Virus record (IMG/VR): IMGVR_UViG_2703718845_000001
DNA length: 11,077 nucleotides
Strand: one strand, 5' to 3'
Source: a virus
Taxonomy: Duplodnaviria; Heunggongvirae; Uroviricota; Caudoviricetes
The notes beneath the pieces are model-generated. The model made no database searches. It had not been told where the DNA came from and saw only the letters and a list, made by a program, of their open reading frames with translations. This document shows, in pieces, positions 6,925 through 11,077 of the stretch. Position 1 is the stretch's first letter; every line of letters begins with the position of its first letter. Position numbers and translations under genes: made by a program.

Positions 6925-7026
6925 GTGTCTGAATCTCATTAATCTATTTTTATGATAGAAATATGTTTATCTACCACTTTTATCGATCAATAATGTGCAC
7001 AGTTTAGTCAGTAAGAGGAAGTTACT

Positions 7027-7233
7027 GTGAGTTGTATTAATGACCTGAACACGGGCGATATCAGGGGTGGTTCCGTTCATCTGGATGCGCAGACCGTTAT
7101 GCGCCTTAAGCAGTACAGGATCGACCATATAAATCATCATCCTGACAAACCATTACCAGGTGTGGCGCAGATTGTCAGACATGCCGTAAACACCTGGCTT
7201 AATCAGAATGGTTTTGCATCGGTGGGGGAATAA
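7027..7233 (+). CDS. Small hypothetical protein (68 aa), translationally coupled to the protease-capsid gene
   Basis: GTG start with AAGAGGA 7 nt upstream; stop overlaps the downstream ATG (TAATG); segment VHLDAQTVMRLKQY...GVAQIVRHAVNTWL could be RHH-like; function not assignable. Confidence 0.45.
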   Translation: MSCINDLNTGDIRGGSVHLDAQTVMRLKQYRIDHINHHPDKPLPGVAQIVRHAVNTWLNQNGFASVGE

Positions 7234-9146
7234 TGAATCGCTGGTACACCATTAAGGCGGCGGATGTTCGTGGAGCGGCGGATATATCTATCTATGAGGA
7301 GATTGGCGGCTTCGGTGTTACTGCAAAGCAGTTCGCGGAAGACCTGAAAGCCCTTGGCGATGTTTCACATATCAATCTGAGGATCCATTCACCAGGTGGT
7401 GATGTGTTTGAAGGCATCGCCATCTATAACCTGCTACGGAATCATCCGGCAGACATTACGGTTTATATCGATGGTGTTGCGGCTTCAATGGCTTCGGTGG
7501 TCGCAATGGCTGGCGATCGTGTAGTGATGCCGGAGAACGCCATGATGATGATCCATAAACCGTGGGGGATCTCTGGCGGAAATGCTGGCGATATGCGTGA
7601 TTATGCTGATTTGCTGGATAAGGTGGAAACCGTGTTAATCCCTGCTTATGCCAGAAAAACGGGCAAATCAGCACAGGAAATTACCGCCATGCTGGAGGAT
7701 GAAACCTGGATGGATGGGAAAGAATGCCTTAAGCACGGTTTTGCTGATGAATTGTTGCCATCCGTCAGAGCAATGGCGCGAATTGAATCGAAACGCACAG
7801 GAGATTTTTTACATATGCCGGAAACCATTAAAGGAATGATTACACCGCCACAGGGAGCGGCAAATATTGCTGGTAATGAACAGAAGCGCATCAATGGAAT
7901 AAGTGAAGTGTTTAGCCTGTTCGGCAGTCGTTACGACGGGATCAAAATGGCGTGTCTGGAAGATGCATCATGTACACCGGAAATGGCCCGTGAAAAGCTG
8001 TTGAACGAGCTGGGGCGCGAGTCCACGCCATCCAATAAAAATACCCCGCCTCATATCTATGCCGGAAACGGAAACATAACAGGTGATGCAATTCGTCAGG
8101 GGCTTTATTCCCGTCTTGGGTATGAACGCCCTGAACGAGGCAACCCTTACGCGATGATGAGCCTTTTTGAAATGGCCCAGGCATCACTGGTTGATCGTGG
8201 TATCACTGTGAGCGGTTTTATTAATCGCTCGCAGGTTGTTAATGCGGCTTTTACACACAGCAGCAGTGATTTTTCTCATATTCTGGCTGGTGGGGCTGAA
8301 AAATCTGTACTGAAAGGCTGGCAGGACAGCGGCGAAACGTTCCAGAAATGGACGCGTACCGGTTCGCTTTCAAACTTTCATGAAGCAAAGCGCGTTGGTC
8401 TGAATGGTTTTTCAAAGCTGGATAAAGTACCGGAAGGTGCGGAATATAAATACATCACCACCAGCGATAAAGGTGTACCTATTGCGCTGGCCACGTACGG
8501 GAATATTTTTTCCGTTACCCGTCAGGCCATTATCAACGATGACCTGACCCAGTTAACTACAATCCCCATGGCGATGGGACGCGCAGCCGCCAGAACAGTT
8601 GGCAATCTGGTTTATCTCCTGTTAACCAGCAACGGCAAGTTTACGGATGGTAAAGCGTTATTCCATGCCGATCATAAAAATCTTATTGCGAAGGATATGG
8701 ACATGGTGGGGCTTGATGAAGCCCGTAAGCGGATGCGCCTCCAGGAGGATGCTAACGGCGACTCCCTGAATATTACCCCTGCTTTTGTTCTGGTCCCTGC
8801 CGCGCTGGAATCTGCCGCGCGTCGCGCCATTTTGTCATCGTCATCAGTCTTTCCGGTTGGTGATGAGAGCACTATCAATCAGAACCCCGGCATCATTAAC
8901 GTGGTGAAAGATATGGCAGAAGTAATTGTTGAGCCACGTCTTGATAAGGCCAATAGCAAGGAATGGTATGTAGCCGCAGCTAAGGGGATGGACACAATAG
9001 AAGTCGCTTATCTTGATGGGATGGATACGCCATATCTTGAGGAGCAGGTGGGCTTTACTGTTGATGGTGTCGCCTGGAAAGTACGCATAGATGCAGGTGT
9101 CGCGGCCCTCGATTATCGCGGATTACTGAAATCGAGTGGAGCATGA
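7233..9146 (+). CDS. ClpP-family prohead serine protease fused to a major-capsid-protein-like domain (capsid precursor polyprotein)
   Basis: N-terminal about 190 aa carry ClpP/S14 motifs GVAASMAS (Ser) and MMIHKPWG (His), compare E. coli ClpP GQAASMG and MIHQPLGG; the C-terminal about 400 aa is large, A/G/V-rich and ends in a glycine/beta-rich tail, consistent with an HK97-fold capsid protein but not verified; cos site and terminator follow. Confidence 0.85.
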   Translation: MNRWYTIKAADVRGAADISIYEEIGGFGVTAKQFAEDLKALGDVSHINLRIHSPGGDVFEGIAIYNLLRNHPADITVYIDGVAASMASVVAMAGDRVVMPENAMMMIHKPWGISGGNAGDMRDYADLLDKVETVLIPAYARKTGKSAQEITAMLEDETWMDGKECLKHGFADELLPSVRAMARIESKRTGDFLHMPETIKGMITPPQGAANIAGNEQKRINGISEVFSLFGSRYDGIKMACLEDASCTPEMAREKLLNELGRESTPSNKNTPPHIYAGNGNITGDAIRQGLYSRLGYERPERGNPYAMMSLFEMAQASLVDRGITVSGFINRSQVVNAAFTHSSSDFSHILAGGAEKSVLKGWQDSGETFQKWTRTGSLSNFHEAKRVGLNGFSKLDKVPEGAEYKYITTSDKGVPIALATYGNIFSVTRQAIINDDLTQLTTIPMAMGRAAARTVGNLVYLLLTSNGKFTDGKALFHADHKNLIAKDMDMVGLDEARKRMRLQEDANGDSLNITPAFVLVPAALESAARRAILSSSSVFPVGDESTINQNPGIINVVKDMAEVIVEPRLDKANSKEWYVAAAKGMDTIEVAYLDGMDTPYLEEQVGFTVDGVAWKVRIDAGVAALDYRGLLKSSGA

Positions 9147-9152
9147 CAACAA

Positions 9153-9175
9153 GGGCGGCGACAGCCGCCTTTTTT
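9153..9175 (+). terminator. Rho-independent terminator after the protease-capsid gene
   Basis: ggcggc-gaca-gccgcc followed by tttttt, 7 nt after the stop codon. Confidence 0.6.
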
Positions 9176-9300
9176 ACGGGTCCTCCCGGTGGAGTGGTCT
9201 GCCACGGGGCGGGAGCGGCGCGGAAAAAGGCTAGTTTTTGCATTTTCATTCGTCATCATCATCTTTCTATGATATTGAATTTTAAGTGTTTTTATTTTTA
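9165..9300. other. Lambda-like cos site (cosQ/cosN/cosB-like), copy B
   Basis: acgggtcctcccggtggagtggtctgccacg gggcgggagcgg... aligns with the lambda cos junction; downstream cgtcatcatc...aagtgtttttattttta resembles lambda cosB (cgtcataacttaatgtttttatttaaaa); sits about 100 bp upstream of the Nu1-like gene, as in lambda. Confidence 0.65.
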
Positions 9301-9402
9301 GTATGTTAATTTTGCTTGTTTTATGCTCAACATATAGCGCATTTTTTGACCTCTTCTGAAAATTGTTCGCAAGATGCATGTTTAAAACATTCTGGAGCGG
9401 GT

Positions 9403-9888
9403 ATGGATCGAGAACTGAAAAATCTGATGCTGAACATTAATCAACTGGCGGCGATAGCGGGAATATGTCGTCAGACTGCGGCGGCAAGGCTGAAAAACAT
9501 CCAGCCAGCCGGAGGGCATGACAAGCTGAAACTCTATCGGGTGACTGACATTCTGACCTGTTTTCTTGATCTTCCCGTTCCGGCATCACTGGAAGAAATG
9601 GAGCCACATGACCGTAAGGCCTGGTATCAGTCCGAACGTGAGCGCCTCAAGTTCGAACAGGAAACGGCGCAACTCATACCCGCCGATGATGTGCGAAAAG
9701 AGATGGCTATATGGGGGGAAATCGTAAGCGAGGAACTGGCAAAACTCCCCAATATTCTGGCACGTGATGCCGGGCTTAAACCGATGGCAGTAAACAGAGT
9801 GCAGTCAATTATTGACGATTTGTGTAATCAGATTATCAGCCGGATGGTAAAAAATGACGTAGTGAATGAGGTCGCAAAACAGGCATGA
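9403..9888 (+). CDS. Nu1-like small terminase subunit homolog (possible Rpp-type packaging-redirection protein)
   Basis: Probable start is ATG 9403 (GGAG 5 nt upstream; ORF track starts at in-frame ATG 9316); N-terminus INQLAAIAGICRQTAAARLKNIQPAGG...KLYRVTDI parallels lambda Nu1 VNKKQLADIFGASIRTIQNWQEQGMPVLRGGGKGNEVLYDSAAVI (winged HTH). Confidence 0.75.
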   Translation: MDRELKNLMLNINQLAAIAGICRQTAAARLKNIQPAGGHDKLKLYRVTDILTCFLDLPVPASLEEMEPHDRKAWYQSERERLKFEQETAQLIPADDVRKEMAIWGEIVSEELAKLPNILARDAGLKPMAVNRVQSIIDDLCNQIISRMVKNDVVNEVAKQA

Positions 9889-10172
9889 TAATGACTGAAT
9901 CTGAAATACTGCGATTAATCCGCCGTGCTGGTGGAATCAGCCAGCTGGCTGACGAACAGGCCAAGCAGCCGGATACCGTCACCGCTGAAAATTACGCGCG
10001 TGTGGTGGCTGATGTGATGCGCCGTGACGGTATTGAGCTTAACGGCGTGGATATGCGCAACATACGAACCAGAGTTCTTGAGTTGCTGGCATACCGTCGC
10101 CGTTCTCAACAACGGAGGGAGAGCGCGAAAAATACTTACCAGTGGAAGAAGCCGAAACGGTTGCGGCGGTAG
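9885..10172 (+). CDS. Hypothetical protein (95 aa), basic C-terminus
   Basis: Start overlaps the upstream stop (ATGA); no motif recognised; last gene before the ORF-free region. Confidence 0.55.
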   Translation: MIMTESEILRLIRRAGGISQLADEQAKQPDTVTAENYARVVADVMRRDGIELNGVDMRNIRTRVLELLAYRRRSQQRRESAKNTYQWKKPKRLRR

Positions 10173-10915
10173 ATTCCTGATATTCAGGAAAACCACGAAT
10201 CTGTGGGGTTTACTGGCGCGGTTACGGCGGTGACATGCACCGAGGCAGAACAATTACCGTAGGTTAAAGCGACAGTAGTCACACCAAAGGCAGAAATTAG
10301 CGGTTAACGTAACTGACTGATATTTTCGGGAACAGCCAACGGCTGAGGCCGGAGCTATAAAAATAGCTTTGGGTACAGTCCTCAGTTTTGAGGGATGTTA
10401 ACCAACTGAATAATAAGCAAAGCTCAAAATTGAGTTTTGTATCTGCCTGAGTTATTTCTGTGCTAACTTGTTGATATTCCCGACGGCCCAAAAATGGGTT
10501 GGCGGGTGGGTGAGTTGCAGATTTGCAACTCGACCATGAAACTACGGAAACTACCCGTAGTTTGGGTAGTAAGAGCAACACCCAGATTTTGGGGCTTACT
10601 CGCGATACCCAAATAAAGGGTATCGGTGTAAGAAATATCGTTTCTCATATGTGAGTACCGAGGGCGGAATTCCGCCTTCGGTTACTTATTGTGCCCATGC
10701 ACAGGGAGGGGCGGGTCAAATCTCTGTACCCTGACGTCTTCCGGACTGCCAGCCCCATCGATTTTTTATACCCGCGAAAAATGAAAAACGCTTCACGCTG
10801 GTGGGCCTGATGCCGATATGGGGATCCACATAACGGATTATCCGTGATCATCGACCAGCTATCATGTCGGATAGTTAAAGTTTCATGACAGGTATGATGT
10901 TGCGTAACTTGTTGT

Positions 10916-11053
10916 TTTTATACCTGCTTATACTCTGTCACGGTATCCTATAGGTATCCTAGAAAAAACGAAGGGGTCACGCTGTTAACGTAACCCCTTG
11001 ATAGATATGGTGGCCCCTGTTGGGTTTGAACCAACGACCAAGCGATTATGAGT
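10916..11053. repeat. Right copy of 138-bp imperfect direct repeat (element-side att arm overlapping the intact tRNA 3' half)
   Basis: Colinear with 1-138; includes the 20-mer cggtatcctataggtatcct (10941-10960), the terminator and the tRNA 3' half. Confidence 0.8.
10961..10999 (-). terminator. Rho-independent terminator of the tRNA gene (minus strand)
   Basis: Minus-strand hairpin aagggg...cccctt followed by a U-run (plus-strand agaaaaaa), immediately 3' of the tRNA CCA end. Confidence 0.6.
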
Positions 11054-11077
11054 CGCCTGCTCTAACCACTGAGCTAA
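11008..11077 (-). tRNA. tRNA with CAU anticodon (ileX/ileY-like tRNA-Ile2, or Met-type); 5' end truncated by the window edge
   Basis: Reverse complement reads TTAGCTCAGTGGTTAGAGCAGGCGACTCATAATCGCTTGGTCGTTGGTTCAAACCCAACAGGGGCCACCA: D-arm, anticodon loop CTCATAA, T-arm and CCA end; about 6 nt of the 5' acceptor strand lie beyond position 11077. Confidence 0.85.

Noticed and set aside
7456-8878. Antisense and out-of-frame ORFs inside the protease-capsid gene (7456-7674 -, 7646-7894 -, 7648-7839 +, 7942-8187 -, 8672-8878 -)
   Set aside because: Shadow ORFs of a long, well-supported coding frame; no independent start signals.
9153-9162. gggcggcgac, identical to the first 10 nt of the lambda cohesive end
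   Set aside because: It forms the stem of the terminator hairpin after the capsid gene and lies upstream of the cosQ-like sequence; the segment that aligns with lambda cosN in register is 9204-9225.
10297-10851. Three minus-strand ORFs (94, 61 and 68 aa) in the right-end noncoding region
   Set aside because: Translations are not protein-like (low complexity, no SD-start context) and they span multiple strong hairpins and palindromes; the region is better explained as structured noncoding DNA.

Overview
The window is essentially one integrated ~10.9 kb phage-satellite-like island (PICI / P4-related architecture), inserted at the 3' end of a CAU-anticodon tRNA (ileX/ileY-like, minus strand, right edge) and bounded by 138-bp imperfect direct repeats (1-138 and 10916-11053). 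All calls below come from reading the sequence and ORF translations and from motif recall; no database search or folding was possible. Left to right, mostly on the + strand: tyrosine integrase (319-1740); a strongly AT-rich 241-aa cargo gene of unknown function (1724-2449) followed by CTGGCTA repeats; an HTH excisionase/AlpA-like gene (2583-2801); a minus-strand ribbon-helix-helix repressor-like gene (3278-3469) whose start abuts a near-consensus sigma70 promoter framed by two perfect 14-bp inverted-repeat operators; an Icd-like small gene and two unknown small genes (3609-4431); a P4-alpha-family primase/SF3 helicase (4428-6245) followed by a P4-type iteron origin (ACTGTTCACC, about 10 copies, 6258-6488); a truncated cos-like copy (6630-6714); a small ORF translationally coupled to a 637-aa ClpP-protease::capsid-like fusion gene (7233-9146); a lambda-like cos site (9165-9300); a Nu1/TerS-like gene (9403-9888) plus a 95-aa ORF; then about 740 bp of ORF-free, hairpin-dense DNA. 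The strongest candidates for something undescribed are (a) a satellite whose only morphogenetic gene is a protease-capsid polyprotein bracketed by duplicated cos cores, (b) the low-GC orphan cargo gene at the int-proximal position, and (c) the operator-controlled RHH switch.
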